A stretch of 64,000 bases of DNA, taken from Trichosphaerium sp. ATCC 40318. Lineage: Eukaryota > Protista > Tubulinea. The stretch is from the NCBI GenBank assembly GCA_038496445.1, contig JALMLS010000064.1, forward strand, positions 248,001 through 312,000, given 5' to 3'. The position numbers were made by a program, and so were the translations under genes. The notes below the pieces were generated by a model. That model was not told where the DNA came from. It saw only the letters and a program-made list of their open reading frames with translations, and searched no databases. Shown here piece by piece: positions 1 to 12,890 of the stretch; position 1 is the first letter of the stretch, and each line of letters begins with the position of its first letter.

Positions 1-1475
1 GAAGAGATGAAGGCAGGTCCTGAGGCTTGGATGACATACCCTAACCCATTGGAAACTGCGTACACTGTAAGCCAAAAATCATTCTTTTTCTCTGAAGAAA
101 GATTTCGAACTAACTTTGTTATAGTCTGGTACTCTTACTCCAGAAGACAAAGCATTGTACATGAATGCACAAATAAGCGTGTGGTATAAACAATTCGCAC
201 AATTTACTTTTGATACAATCTCTTTGGAGTGTCCAAATGATTTCATCAATTGGTTACAAGAAGGTGCATTTTAAACGAATATCATTTTTTTTCGGATTTC
301 TTACTTTGTTTTGATTTAGATCACCTTGAAGAAGACCAAATGGATACAGACGAAAAAGAGGTCCCTGAATTCCCTGATTTCGCTAAAGAAGTAGCAAAAC
401 AAATAGCTGAATTTGGTGGTAAAGTAGTGCCAAAATTGAACTGGAGCGCACCTTCTGTAAGTTTTTTTTTCGAAAATAACCAAGAAAAATAACCAACTAC
501 GAAACCATGAATCCCTTACATATTAACTTATCATTTCAAGGATTCCACAAAGCCTTTAGTATGCACAACACCTGCTGAGGTTTTCGGCTTATTAAAATCA
601 TCAGAGCGTTCTGTACAAGACATAGAATGGTACACTCTTTTTTTTATTATTATTTTATGAAAGTAAACTTTTCTTTTTTTGATTTTATTTTTAACCATTT
701 GTATAGGTTGCTCGCTCTTCACCAAGAAATTCACGAGAACACACCGGTACGTTTATAATTTATACATGCTTGAATATTTTGTGAGGCGTCAGTTCTCGAA
801 CTCGCTTTTTTTTCTGTTTCGCTTTGGTCAGGCACTTTGTTAACTCTTTTTCTTTAGGATAACGGTGAATGTGATATACCTTCAGTTGTATTAAATTTGC
901 GTAAATTTACACCAATCGATAACAACTTTGAGTTCAGATGCTTCGTAACCAATAACAAAATATCAGGTTAGTTTTTTATGACTTTCTATTTTCCTCTTTT
1001 TTTCTTTTTTTTCTGTTGTTTTTGGCAGTTCTTCTGGAATGATTTAATTGATTATTATTTTAGCTCTATGCCAGAGAACCTTGGTTATGGATAAACGTAT
1101 TGTTGACAACAAAAAGACAATCCATGCTGCAATATTCACGTTTTTTAACGACAAAATCATGGGCTCGAAAGTGCCTTACCCTGACTCTCATTGTATCCTC
1201 TGAACATTTTTTGAATTCATTTTTTTAAGTTGATTACATTGACCTCCTTGACTATGATTACAGTCATCCTAGACGTATACGTATGTCCAAAAGAATACAA
1301 GGTTACCATGGTTGATATTGGCGCATTCCATGATGCTGCTGAGGCTTTGTTATTCGATTGGGACCAACTAAATGTCTTGACACCTGAGACACCTGTTGAG
1401 TTCAGGATTATTGAATCTGAGGAGATGCTAAAAGAAATAAAACAACAACAAGAAGAAGAACACGATGATCATTGA
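1..1475 (+). CDS. CDC123: CDC123 (ATP-grasp eIF2 assembly factor), multi-exon, 5' end outside window
   Basis: Spliced exons give NAQISVWYKQF, GGKVVPKLNWSAP, FEFRCFV, F|ILDVYV and LLFDWDQL, the conserved CDC123 motifs in order; stop TGA at 1473-1475. Confidence 0.9.
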
Positions 1476-2309
1476 GTAAGCTCAGGCTCAAAAAAAGAAT
1501 AGAAGAGAAGAGAAGAAGAAAGAAAAAGAGCAAAAAAAAAGTACTCAAAAAAACGATTTAAAGAAAAGTAAAAAAAAAAGTTTTTGAACGTTTTTTTCAG
1601 TTTCCAGACTACAAAATCAAAAAAAAACACAAATCATGTACAACTGATATGCCCTTTTAGAAAAAAATAGCACTATTTTTTTTCCACCGCGCATTCACAT
1701 CACATGATTTGGCTTTCTTTTTGAAAATTTTTTTCATCGAAATTTCCTTTTTTTTTCTTGAAATAAGTCAGAAAAAATTCATTATTAATCAGGTTGGTGT
1801 GGCCATCCTTCCTGTAAGAATCACTGTGGTGAACGGGAGAAAAGCTCGGGGCATTTGACTGTGACCCAAAAAAGGCGGGCGAGGCTGTAAGACATATGCG
1901 TTTCAACATCTTTGTTATCCAATTGTTTCACAACAATGGATACTGTCGAACCTCTTTTGTTATCAAACAAACAACATCAGGGAATTCTTCAAAAAAATCA
2001 AGTATTTGAAACAAACTATTCGGGGTTGTAAGGGTGATTGACTATTTATCCAAATAAAAAACCATTACTGTTCCTTTTTTATGGATGATTTTCAAAAAAA
2101 ACTCCTGCCACCAATACGCATTTATAAGGTCTTCTTTGTCTTTATATACAGAGGACTGTTGTGTCCCTTTGCCATCTTTACTTCCATCTTTTATCAAGTG
2201 CTCCAGGGCATAGCAACAATACAAGTATACCAGTGCACTATTGAGTTTTGTTGTTATGAAAGCGGGTTGGCAGATAACTACACAAACAAAACATTTAGAT
2301 TCGTTTGTT

Positions 2310-4054
2310 TTAAAGATGCCACACATACGCTTTTATTAGATCAGATTCCTTCATAGTGTTGCTTAGAACCTTTGACATTATCTTACCAGCTTCAAAACCT
2401 TTCGACATGCCTTCACCTTATAGTTGTTGTTACTCCACACTCAAACAACAAAACAAAAACACAACAAAATAATGTTAATACCTGAGAAACCTGCTGCAAT
2501 GTATGTATTCGGTCTATCCGGTACAGGCCCTATAAGCGGTTTCCTGTCTGGCGTGTAACCCTAGACAACACTGAGAACCAAAAAGAAGCATGTCAAGAAT
2601 TGGTATTACCAAGATGCCTGTCCACGTGTACTCTATTGAAACATTGTCAATATCCCAATGATCCTTCAAGAACTTCTTAATCTGAGCACTAAACACGTGT
2701 CAATTGGAGCGTACAAGGGTAAGATTCTAACTGTATTTGAGGGTTAATAGATGCATCATCATGTACATTCTTTTCATGTCCACAACCGAATATTAAACGT
2801 CCGTCATTTCTTTGAATTAGGTAGTGCTCAGGAAAAGACAGGTTGTATTTTATCGAGAGTTTTTTAATAGGACTTGTTGCCACAACATGACCTACACGTG
2901 GGTGTCAGTAAACCTCCCTATTATCAATACAGTACCTCTAGTTGGAATGATGATATTTTTAAACTCAGGGAGCAGACCACAAGTGTATGCATTGATGGCT
3001 ACAAGCACTTTTGATGCGCTTATGGATTTCTTAGCAAGATGTTTACTCATCAAAAACACTTTCACACTGCCATCTTCTTGGTTCTCAATCGAACTTACAC
3101 GTGTACGAGTGCATATGTCTACATTTCTACAATACTTGAGTAAACAGTAATACAAGCAAACCACCAAAAACTCTGTGTACGTTTGCTTCAATGTCTTGCA
3201 CAATGCTTTGACAAATTTGGCAGGGTAAAACTTTGTAACAGAACCTTGTAAAACGCCTACCTATTATATCTCTTTCAATAAACACAACAAGAAATGATAT
3301 CTTACACTGTATTTATCTGTTGCAATACTGTTTTTGAGTTCATTAGGTTCAAGAACAGCAATAGTTTCACCAGGTAATAGCTTGCACTGTTTGGTAGTTT
3401 TAACATATTCTTCTGCATCACTCACATCACAGTCCATGACCCTAATGATATTGAGTATCTCTATGTGACCTAGGTATAGATTACTCTATGCCTCCTTGCA
3501 TTTCAAAATCACATGATATATCCAAGTCAGTAATAGCCTCTAAACATTCAAAAGAACATTAGTTTAATTGGACAAACAGCAAGCAATTGTTTTAACCAAT
3601 ACGTTTTATGCCATCAATATTGGCTTTTTGAAAAGCGTTTATAGATTCACTGTCATTGTTACTATCACTGCTTGAATATACAGGCCACCTACACCCTAAT
3701 ATCAGTTTGCAGTATTGCATTGAGAGATACACACATGTGCCCTCCATTTCTTCCAGTAGCACCTACAATGTTAGTACTTCTTAATTAATAAATAGAAATA
3801 CAATTCTACCTTCAGCTATGTCTCTAGCATCCAGTAATAACACTCTACTGCTAGGAGAATATTTGTTTAACCAATAAGCACACGAAACACCAACCAAACC
3901 TCCGCCTTTAGCCTCAATTAATACCATGCGAGTTAAACCACTAACCGATAATACAAATATCGTAGGTTGAGGATATTGATACAGTTTCGCTTGGCGAAGC
4001 TAGCGTTGGATCATGTAGCCAGTATGACCGAGTAGGAGTTGTAACTGGGTACAT
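2310..4054 (-). CDS. FAD-dependent oxidoreductase (DAO/PuuB-like), many short introns
   Basis: Starts MYPVTTPTRSYW; has DICII|GGGLVGVSCAYWL (Rossmann GxGxxG), GATGRNGGH, AINAY, IIPTRG, YLIQRNDGRLIFG, WTGIL and GEGMSKGF. Confidence 0.88.
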
Positions 4055-4765
4055 TGCCAAACTATGCGCAGTATGCTTAAGAAACAAGGTCGTTAAGTGA
4101 AGCTTTCTACGATAAATCGCCGAATAAAAAGAGTTTGATTTTATGGCAATCCATTGCCTCCAAAGCTGATCCTAATCTCGAGAAATATAAAACGCGCTTA
4201 TACCAAGGCAAAGAGCACCAAGATTCAAGACTATCAGTTAGATATTGCAACTGTAACCGCCATGTCTTTTGCAAGACGATTTTGTAGGCGTAGCGCTGAG
4301 TAGTACGAGTGGATTTAGGTAAACCAAGTTCTTCAGTCAGAGAAGTTGGTTTAGTTAACTGTACAGCATACTCTTACGCATACATTAAACCAGTACTGCG
4401 CTTACGCACTAGTGGCACTTCCTATCATTTTTTATCGGCTGCAGACAGTTAGCACGAAATAAAATACACCTGAAATACGCCAACACACAGTTTCATGGAG
4501 TTTTCACGTAGTTTTACACAATGCATTGTTTTTGTGAGCTCGTCCAACCAACTACACTTGGTTGTTAACGAAAAGATATCGTAATAGAAGAATAAAATAC
4601 ATACAACAACACGTAAACATTCTTATTTCGTCAAAGGCAAAAACTCGGTTATTTCGACAAAATTCAAAATAACGTAATTTCTTACAAACAAACTCACTCA
4701 CCTCCACAAAGACGTGCAGGTATTACCAAATTACTCTACGCTATTAAGATACAATCTACAACAAC

Positions 4766-5814
4766 ATGAAACAAGAACTAGAAGCTGCAGTGTGCTACTT
4801 GAGCAAACGGCTGAGTTATGCAAACGTGCCAGAAGAGCAGTTGAAGCTGTTTCGGAGCGTGCTGCTAGACACACTCAAAGCTAGGTTTTCTAACCACTGG
4901 TACAAAAACAAACCTACCAAGGGAAACGGCTACAGGTAAGCGATTCGTAAAAGATCCTTTTCCACCAAAACGGTTTTATCACTCAACCTGCATTGTTTTT
5001 TTTTACTCTAAAATACTCTCTTGCGCACGTATAAACTCCTCCAACCAAAGTGGAATTGTGCCGGAGCTTTTTTTCTATCAGCTTTTTCGAAGTATCACTC
5101 GCTCTGCACTAACGCTACGGCGCTAAAAAACCCTCTAAGAATTCTTTTTTCCTTCACCTCAAAACACGCCCAAAACCAAACAAAACCTTGCACATACGCT
5201 CCAACACACTAAATAAACAACTTCTAACTGTATATTTTAGATCGATGATGTACGTTGGTTGTAATGTAGATCCAGTGTTGCGCATAGCAGCTCAAAAATC
5301 ATTCATCAGTGGTATAAAAAACAAGCTGGTATGAACATCTAAAAAAAAAAAAACGAACCACTCTGTAAACTAACCGTAACTTTTTTCATAATAGGGTAAA
5401 GACAATTTTATCTTATGGATAGACCCAGGCAGTGTCACTGTAAAGTACCTAAGCGGTGAATACCGCCATCAAGTCCATACATTATTTCAAGAGCATATTT
5501 CTTCTACAAAACCGTCAACCGCTTGGTCGCCTGAGATGCCTCTAAGTGGATCTACACCAACGCCCTATTGCACACCAGTTAAAGCAAAAAGTGTATCATC
5601 AGTATCATCAAAACTATACTCCAGTAGCAGTCCAACTAAAAACTTGAGCGTAAAAAGCACACCATTTGTACCTTCTTCGCCGTTGAAGGCGAAAAAGTAT
5701 ACAAGCAATATTACAACATATACTAAGACTACGTGTGCACCTACAAACGATTTCTTAGGTAGACCACAAACCTCACAATTTAACTCTGTACAAAACAAAA
5801 TTGTAAATTATTAA
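4766..5814 (+). CDS. BTG/Tob family antiproliferative protein with S/T/P-rich tail
   Basis: MKQELEAAV...HWYKNKPTKGNGYR (box A) and ILWIDPGSV (box B) across exons. Confidence 0.9.
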
Positions 5815-5991
5815 AACTTCTCTAAACTACTTTCTTTTTGTTTTTCATGTGTTATTTATGCGCTTAGGGTTATAATAAATTACAATCATTTATTTACAAG
5901 CAGTTTCGAGAGAGAAAAAAAAACGGCAAAATTTTGTGCTGCAGTTTTTGGGTTTTTTTGTTTGTAAAATGCATCGAGGAACGCTTAGAAA

Positions 5992-7048
5992 TCATTTTGT
6001 GTTTGTCCATAGCTCGCCTAACGGCTCATTCTTAAAATCCGCTAGTTTCTTATTAACAACATCGTTTATATCACCACGAACAGCCTAATGACGCATGAAT
6101 AAACGTTCGCAGACGCAGACACAAACGATTTTAAGTTGAAAAAAACCGAAAAAAACAAAAAAGAAATAAACCCTTCATAAAAGTCTAAAAATGGGTATAA
6201 AACAAAAACATACTTCCAATGATTTTGAGGCATCGAGTACTACCCATTCAGGTGTCTGTAATTTCTCTTTGAAAATACCCAAAACAGTACGTTGTATGCT
6301 TTCTTTTTCGTAACGCTCGTCACCATATCCACCACGCTTAGCAGCATCTTCAACAGACATGTTCAAGAAAATAACCTGGATGTGTGTCAAAAAGTGGCAA
6401 AAAAAAAACGAAATAAAAGTTTGAAGCTTGAACTCTAAAACTTTCGGCGTATCGCTTGCTACCCGAAACAAATAAAGCCTTATTGCGTTTATACATGCAT
6501 TGCCATGTAACAAAAGGGAATAAAGGTAAAATAGCGTACCAAGTCCGGTTTAGGAAGACCCTTATCTGGTCCTTTACACCATTCGACATCCAATCCTTTA
6601 GCAGCCGAAAACGCCGCACCAGAGTATGCGTAACGGTCACAGATAATATGAGTACCAGCGCTTAGAGTGTCTATCAAGGATTTGCTATAAAAGAAAATGT
6701 CAATTGACACTTGAAATGATCACTTTTGGGAACATTGCCACGAGCATTTTTCTTCGCTTTTCGTACCTTTGTTCCCATCTATTAGCAGAAAAAAGTAGGT
6801 GGATTGCTTTGTCGTCAAGATTAATGCCATTGGTCAAGTAAGCATTTATCATTTTACCAGTTTGAGTTGTACGGTCTTAAATACTGTTAAACAATCACTT
6901 CCTTGTCTAACGAACCTGGAAAGCATTGTAATTTCGCCTTTAGACCACGTTTAATCAAAGATTCCACCAGAGCCTTTGTTTGCGTTGATTTTCCGGATCT
7001 ATCACCGCCTTCGAATACTATAAACAATCCACGCTTTGTCTCGCTCAT
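5992..7048 (-). CDS. DTYMK: Thymidylate (dTMP) kinase
   Basis: [18 protein letters not shown] (P-loop), [44 protein letters not shown]. Confidence 0.95.
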
Positions 7049-7135
7049 ATTTGTTGTTCCCGCGTGTAACGTATAAAATTTTTGATTTCAGTCACTACGC
7101 GTCAAGTCATAATTTTATTTGTACGTTTTCTGGAC

Positions 7136-8507
7136 ATGTGGTGGCTTCTTTTCCCTGCTTGTCTCGGATTCGTTATATACCGAGCAGTGACGCTCGTCAA
7201 CCTGCCCACAATCGAAATATCACCAAACTCAAAAAGAACGTCATCAGAACATATGTGGCGCCTCATAACAGCCGCATTCTACGTTCCCTTCGTTCCAACC
7301 TTGGCTGCTAATCAACCAGCGTATTTCAGTGTATTTATTGCTACAATGTCAGGATTGGCTACTGTAGAGTACATATACATTGTCAACAGGAAAAGGGAAA
7401 AGACAGACACAAAGACACCTCAAAAAGCAGTCACCTACACGCCGTTGCTCGCAACTGAAGTAATTCTTGTGATAGCGAACATAATCGTGACGGGTATCGG
7501 GCATGTTGGGGACGTTGCAATTTTCAATTTAGTAACGGCATTGGCGTACATTTTCACGCTCATACTCTTCTTGCGGTGGGATAAACACATTGATACTGGC
7601 GATTTTACTGGAGCTTTCACGCACCTTTGTAAATTCGCCATGTCAACCCTCTGGATTGCTTGGGTACGCGCTTTGCATAGCCTGTGATTAAAAATAACGC
7701 GTTCTAGGGATTGGGCCATTGTAATTTGATGCTCAGCCTACCACATGGTGGCAGACTTGCAGCGTTAGCAATTCTGACTTGTACGTCTACGCGTCACATT
7801 TTTTTTAGTTTTACTCCAAAACTGACACCTAAAAAAGCGTGGATTGGTGATGGTGCTGCGTATTACGCCGGAAAGTACGTTTAGAATTCCAAAAAAATAC
7901 CCATTCAGAGCCAAAAAAGATTGACATGTTTAAAAGGAAGCTTGGAAAGCATAAATTCGCTCCACGTGTGAGTCCTGGCAAATCATGGGAAGGTACAGTA
8001 ATGTAAACGTAGACATTTATCTCATCTTCTTTTTTTTTCATTCAACAGGCGTTTCTGCTCTTGCTATTGTAAGTATGTCATTTGTGTGTATCATGTATGC
8101 AATCCAATCCAATAATATAGGTACTGATGACTTGATAAAAGAATGTCATTTATTTTTTTTTGCTGACTTTTTTTTCCTTTTTTTCAATAGTTGATTGCAT
8201 GCCTCCAATAGGACTTAAATATTATCTTATCATTGGAGCTATAACTGCATTCTTCGGTATTTATGGTGACTTGTTTGAAAGTTTCATCAAGCGAACTGGT
8301 ACGCACAACTAACATTTTGTCTGAAAACTTTTTTTTTGTATGTCTTGCACCATTTGATGGCTGACATATTGACTGACAGGTGGCGTAAAAGATTCAGGTA
8401 TTTATTTCCCTGGACATGGCGGTGTCATGGATCGATTTGACGGATTTTTCTTCCTTGCACCTATAGTTTACTATTATTTGCGTTTTTTTGGTCCTTCTCT
8501 TGCCTGA
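7136..8507 (+). CDS. Phosphatidate cytidylyltransferase (CDP-DAG synthase, CdsA-type)
   Basis: [27 protein letters not shown] and [20 protein letters not shown] signature; hydrophobic TM segments. Confidence 0.92.
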
Positions 8508-8734
8508 GAGACAACTTGAGCTACTAAACACAATGTACAGTGTTTTGTGTTTTGTATTATTAAATATTGAACCGCCTTGCAACCTCTAGTAAACGGCGTC
8601 TTTCGATTTGAAAAATCTGTTTTTTTGTTGGCTTTTTTCTACCGTAAACTAATGTTGACCAACATCAGTTTAGGTGGTTGACACACTATAATACCTACAT
8701 AGGGTCGAAATAGCTTATCAATAAGCTCACAGTG

Positions 8735-10441
8735 ATGCCGTACAGAAATCTCTTTGATTGTTCGCATTTTGACTGTTTAATAGCTCGCGCTCTGGTTCGC
8801 CGTCCGTATCAGGTTCTCGTAGTAGATCAAACAGTAGATCTTCGCGCTCTTACACAAGCTCCAGGTTCATTCTACATACGTCTTTACATCGTCACTAACG
8901 TGTAGTAGGTCTCGCTCTGGTTCTCGCTCTTCTTCATACAGCTCACGCAGTAGAAGTTCTTCGCCTCGTAGACGCTCACGCAGTCTAAGTGGTTCGCGTA
9001 GGAGGCGTCGTGGGCGCTCTCGATCCCGGTACGAATTTTATTACATTATTATATGCTATTACGCTCTGACGCTATTCAAATAGACGCAGAACTAAGTCTC
9101 CAAGGTATTATCAAATATTTTAAAAAACGCAATGCACATAATGCCAAAAAAACTTTGCATTACTGTACGTTAAATTGCTAAATTAACCACTAGACCACGA
9201 AGTAAAACACCAGTATCAAAAACACTACACGTTGAAGGATTGACACCAAACGTCAAAGAGGGACATTTGAAGGAAATATTCGAAACGTTTGGAGCAATAA
9301 AAGAAGTTAAATTACCCACAAACAAGTACGTCAAGCAAATCCAAACTATTTTGACGAATCACGCGTCGGTTTTTTTGTTTTTTGTAAATCTTTTTTGTAC
9401 ACCAACTTGACGTGAACACTATAATTGCGCAGCATATATGCATTATTACTTCCTTCTTGTCATCGCGAACACGTCACTGCCATTTTTTTATATGGAGAGC
9501 TTAGGTGTCACATGTGACATATTTTTAATTATTTCCCCTCGTTAAAGTACAGTTGTAACTGCCGCTCCACTAGGCTCGGTAGTTACAATGTATATTCGTT
9601 GTGTTTTGGAATTTTAACACATAATTTACTTATTCTTTCTAGACGTACAAAGATATCAACATGTCACGCTTACGTTGAGTTTAATGATCGAGAAGAGGCA
9701 GAAAAGGCTTTAGATTATATGAACGGTGGACAACTAGATGGAAACAAGTTGAAATGCGCTTTCACGCTCATCACCAAAACACTCACAAATAGACCGAATG
9801 ATAGTAGAGATGATAGAGGACCTAGACGTTGTACGTACTTTTTTATTAGCATTCTAGAAACTGGTTTGGAGAATTTTGTGTTGCGGAATTCTGTTACTTT
9901 TGCGGAATTTTTTTTTCTGTTTACGCGACGAAGAAAAGTAAACCGCTTTTTCTCACTTCGATTAATTGGTACACTAGATCCGCCTCGCCCAGCGCGCTAT
10001 GACGGCGGCCGATTCCGTGGTGGTCAATTCCGAGGTGGACAGCGACGCTATGACCGGAATGATCGATACAATGATAGAGCACGTAACTACCGCCGTTCTC
10101 CACCACGTCGCGGTCGTAACCGAGATAGAACACCACCGTACGTTTTTATTAATGCTTTTCCATTTTCTTCATTTATGGTATAATTCTCCGTTGAATAGCT
10201 TCTGCGGCCCTACTATCAGTAGTGGGATTGTTTGCGCTTTGTTTTATTTTCGCGTAAAGCAAGGTCTTCATTTCTTAACTTCGTTGTTTCCCCGCTCATG
10301 TACCATATTAGGCGCGGCCGTAAAAGGTCCCGCTCCAGTTCTGGATCACGCTCTCGTAGTCCAAAAAGGAGACGTAATCGCTCAGCTTCGTCAAGTCCTT
10401 CAAAATCGTCTAAACGCGAAACTAGTGTACCACAAAAATAA
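8735..10441 (+). CDS. RNPS1: RNPS1/SR45-like SR protein with one RRM
   Basis: Ser/Arg-rich N- and C-termini around an RRM: LHVEGLTPNVKEGHLKEIFETFG...AYVEFNDREEAEKALDYMNGGQLDG. Confidence 0.82.
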
Positions 10442-10586
10442 AAGAAAGAGAAAGTTTTTTAAACCTCATTGTCGGCGTAGTTTATTTTTGCGCATTGTTT
10501 TCTTAGTTCCTTTTTTGTAACATAGTGACTTAACACGGAGAAATAGAAAAGTGCACAGAATCTTTACTTTCACTAGTATACCAACA

Positions 10587-11302
10587 ATGCAACTCTTCCT
10601 CATTGCTCTTTTCGTCTGCGTAGCAGCTGCTCAAATTAACCCAATCCCACCAGCTATTCTTTCAACTTCCTTCAACTTTACCGGTACCGGTAGTGTTGCT
10701 GGACAAAGCACCTCCATTGTTGGTAGTGTTATGTACTTGAACGCTGGTGGCGCTGATACATACTTTTACAAGACTACATTCACTGTATCTTTGAAAGGAA
10801 ACGAGTTCACAACCTCAACTTTGCTTGACGCAGAAGGATCTGAGGTAACATTTGCTTATTCCTTTCTATTTCTCCACTACTATACACACTGGCGCCTAAA
10901 CTAAACCTCTACCTAGGTCACCAAGTACTCTACTCAACCAGCTATCAACCAATGCACCAAATCTATTGTTGCCCCTGGTGATTGCGTATGGTCTCATGTA
11001 CGTACATAGAACAGCAAAAAACATAACGCTATTTGCAACTGACAAATCTTGTTTAGAACGGAAACGTATGGTCCCAAACCTGTACTGTACCTGGTTCTAC
11101 AACCAACTCAAAGGTTACTGTTAACGGAAATGATATTGTAAGCATCCAAACTGAGACTGCTGGTGCTTTCAGCACTTCTATCCTTCTCAAGGTTACCGCT
11201 CAAGGACCAACCCCTGTTGAGGCTGACTTCGCCCCACCAGCTAACTGTGGTTCCGCTCTCGCTTCCATTCACGATTTGCTTGTCAGCGCCATTTCCCAAT
11301 AG
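10587..11302 (+). CDS. Small secreted protein, possibly ependymin-related
   Basis: Signal peptide MQLFLIALFVCVAAA, beta-strand-like S/T-rich body, C-terminal DFAPPANC; 3 exons with GT-AG introns. Confidence 0.7.
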
Positions 11303-11713
11303 ATCATGTAGACATAATGAAAGTTGTTACAATAAAATGACTTTTGACTTAACTTGTTGCCACAGTAAATCTCAGTTCAAGCACCTGCGCGGTTGGTAAC
11401 TGTAGTTATCAACGTGGTGTGCGCACTGGTAGATAACAAACACCGTGTTTGAGGATACAATATTAAAAGCTGTATTTCCGCAATATTGCGCGTGTGTGCG
11501 TAGAGGATAGCGGTAATTGAAAAAGTATTTGGCGGTTTTTTCGCTTTTTGGCAAAACGATTGTATCTAAGGTACGTACAGGCTTTATTCATACGAAATTG
11601 AGCGAGTATATCGTTAACTACGTAATACAATGCAAAGCAGGAGCTGCTTGATGTAGAGCGGGTAATTAGTACATAATTTTTTTGTACCGTAGCTGATACT
11701 AACATCAACGATT

Positions 11714-11787
11714 AGTTCCGTGGTGTAGTTGGTTATCACATCTGCTTAACACGCAGAAGGTCTCCGGTTCGAACCCGGACGGAACTA
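11714..11787 (+). tRNA. tRNA-Val (AAC)
   Basis: Acceptor stem AGTTCCG/CGGAACT, D arm GTGTAGTTGGTTATCAC, anticodon arm TCTGC-TTAACAC-GCAGA, T arm TCCGG-TTCGAAC-CCGGA; T-run downstream. Confidence 0.97.
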
Positions 11788-12127
11788 GATATCTTTTTTG
11801 TTTTCGAGCCTAGTTTCGCACTACATTACGCTTTTCTATATTTAGTCGACCAGAAATAACGAGGCAGGTCAAAACGAATCACCGAGTTACATTTCAACAT
11901 TATCTTTTGTTGTGTAGCAATTGTTGCGTTAAGAGTTATTTTACTTACGACACCAATAAAAGTCATCGTGTAATCACATGCTTAGATGGCTAACTTTATT
12001 GGTCTTGCCATTTGTTGATAAACCATTGCTTTCAACATTTTTCTTAGTACTGTCAATACTTTCAATACTTAACTGCAAAAATCTATTTCCTTTTTATTGA
12101 CAACATGTTTAAATAGTTATCTGTTGA

Positions 12128-12890
12128 TTATGCTTGATCTATTGCCATTTGATTAGCGTCATACCCTTCTACAATCTCTCGTAATTCCTTAAAAGTTAAG
12201 AATTCTACTTCTTTTTTTAATTCACATAAAACATTCTTCTCTGCTTGACATTTCTTCTCTTGGCTACAACATTTCTCTTTTTTCAGATTACATTTTCCTT
12301 TTTTATACTGACAGGCCAAGTTCAATTGACCGTTATCAAACCATCTCTTATAAGTGCCATCAACGCTTCCATGTTTATACAAGCAATGCTCAGCAGGTTT
12401 TCCGTTTTGATACCAAGCTTTATACTCACCTACCATGAGATTAACAAAATGTGTAGGCACCTGAACTGCAAGGCATTTTTTTTTTTTTTTCGTTCTGAAT
12501 AATCCACGAAAGTGGATAAAACGGCTTTAAATCGGCTCAAAACCAGTTCTCTATGCTCAAGTATTGTCCTGAGGCTAACTGTGCCACCATTGTTGGGTTT
12601 TGTTGAAAAAAAAACTTACTGTGAAGCACTCCATGTTTGAACCAACAAACAACTTCTACAGGCCCCATTTTGATGCCAACGCATGTATTTTCCTTCTGCC
12701 TTGCCATTACGGAAGTATTGTACTTTGTACTTTTGACATTTTTTGTTCCAACAAATCCATGCCCCGTGTTTCTGTAGTTTACAATTAAACCTAGATTGTA
12801 GTGCTGTTGAACGGCATATAAGGGGCCAGTTAATATACAATACTTTACAAGAGTTATAGATGAGCCATTGGATTTCTTTCGGGAATAGCG
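12128..12890 (-). pseudogene. F-box-like + MORN-variant (MORN_2/YwqK-like) repeat gene, frameshifted
   Basis: LFPKEIQWLIY...YINWPLI F-box-like start and EGKYMRWHQNG / GEYKAWYQNG repeats. The MORN frame shifts at ~12662 (AATGGGG|CCT GTA GAA) and a GTAAGT intron follows. 5' exons uncertain. Confidence 0.65.
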
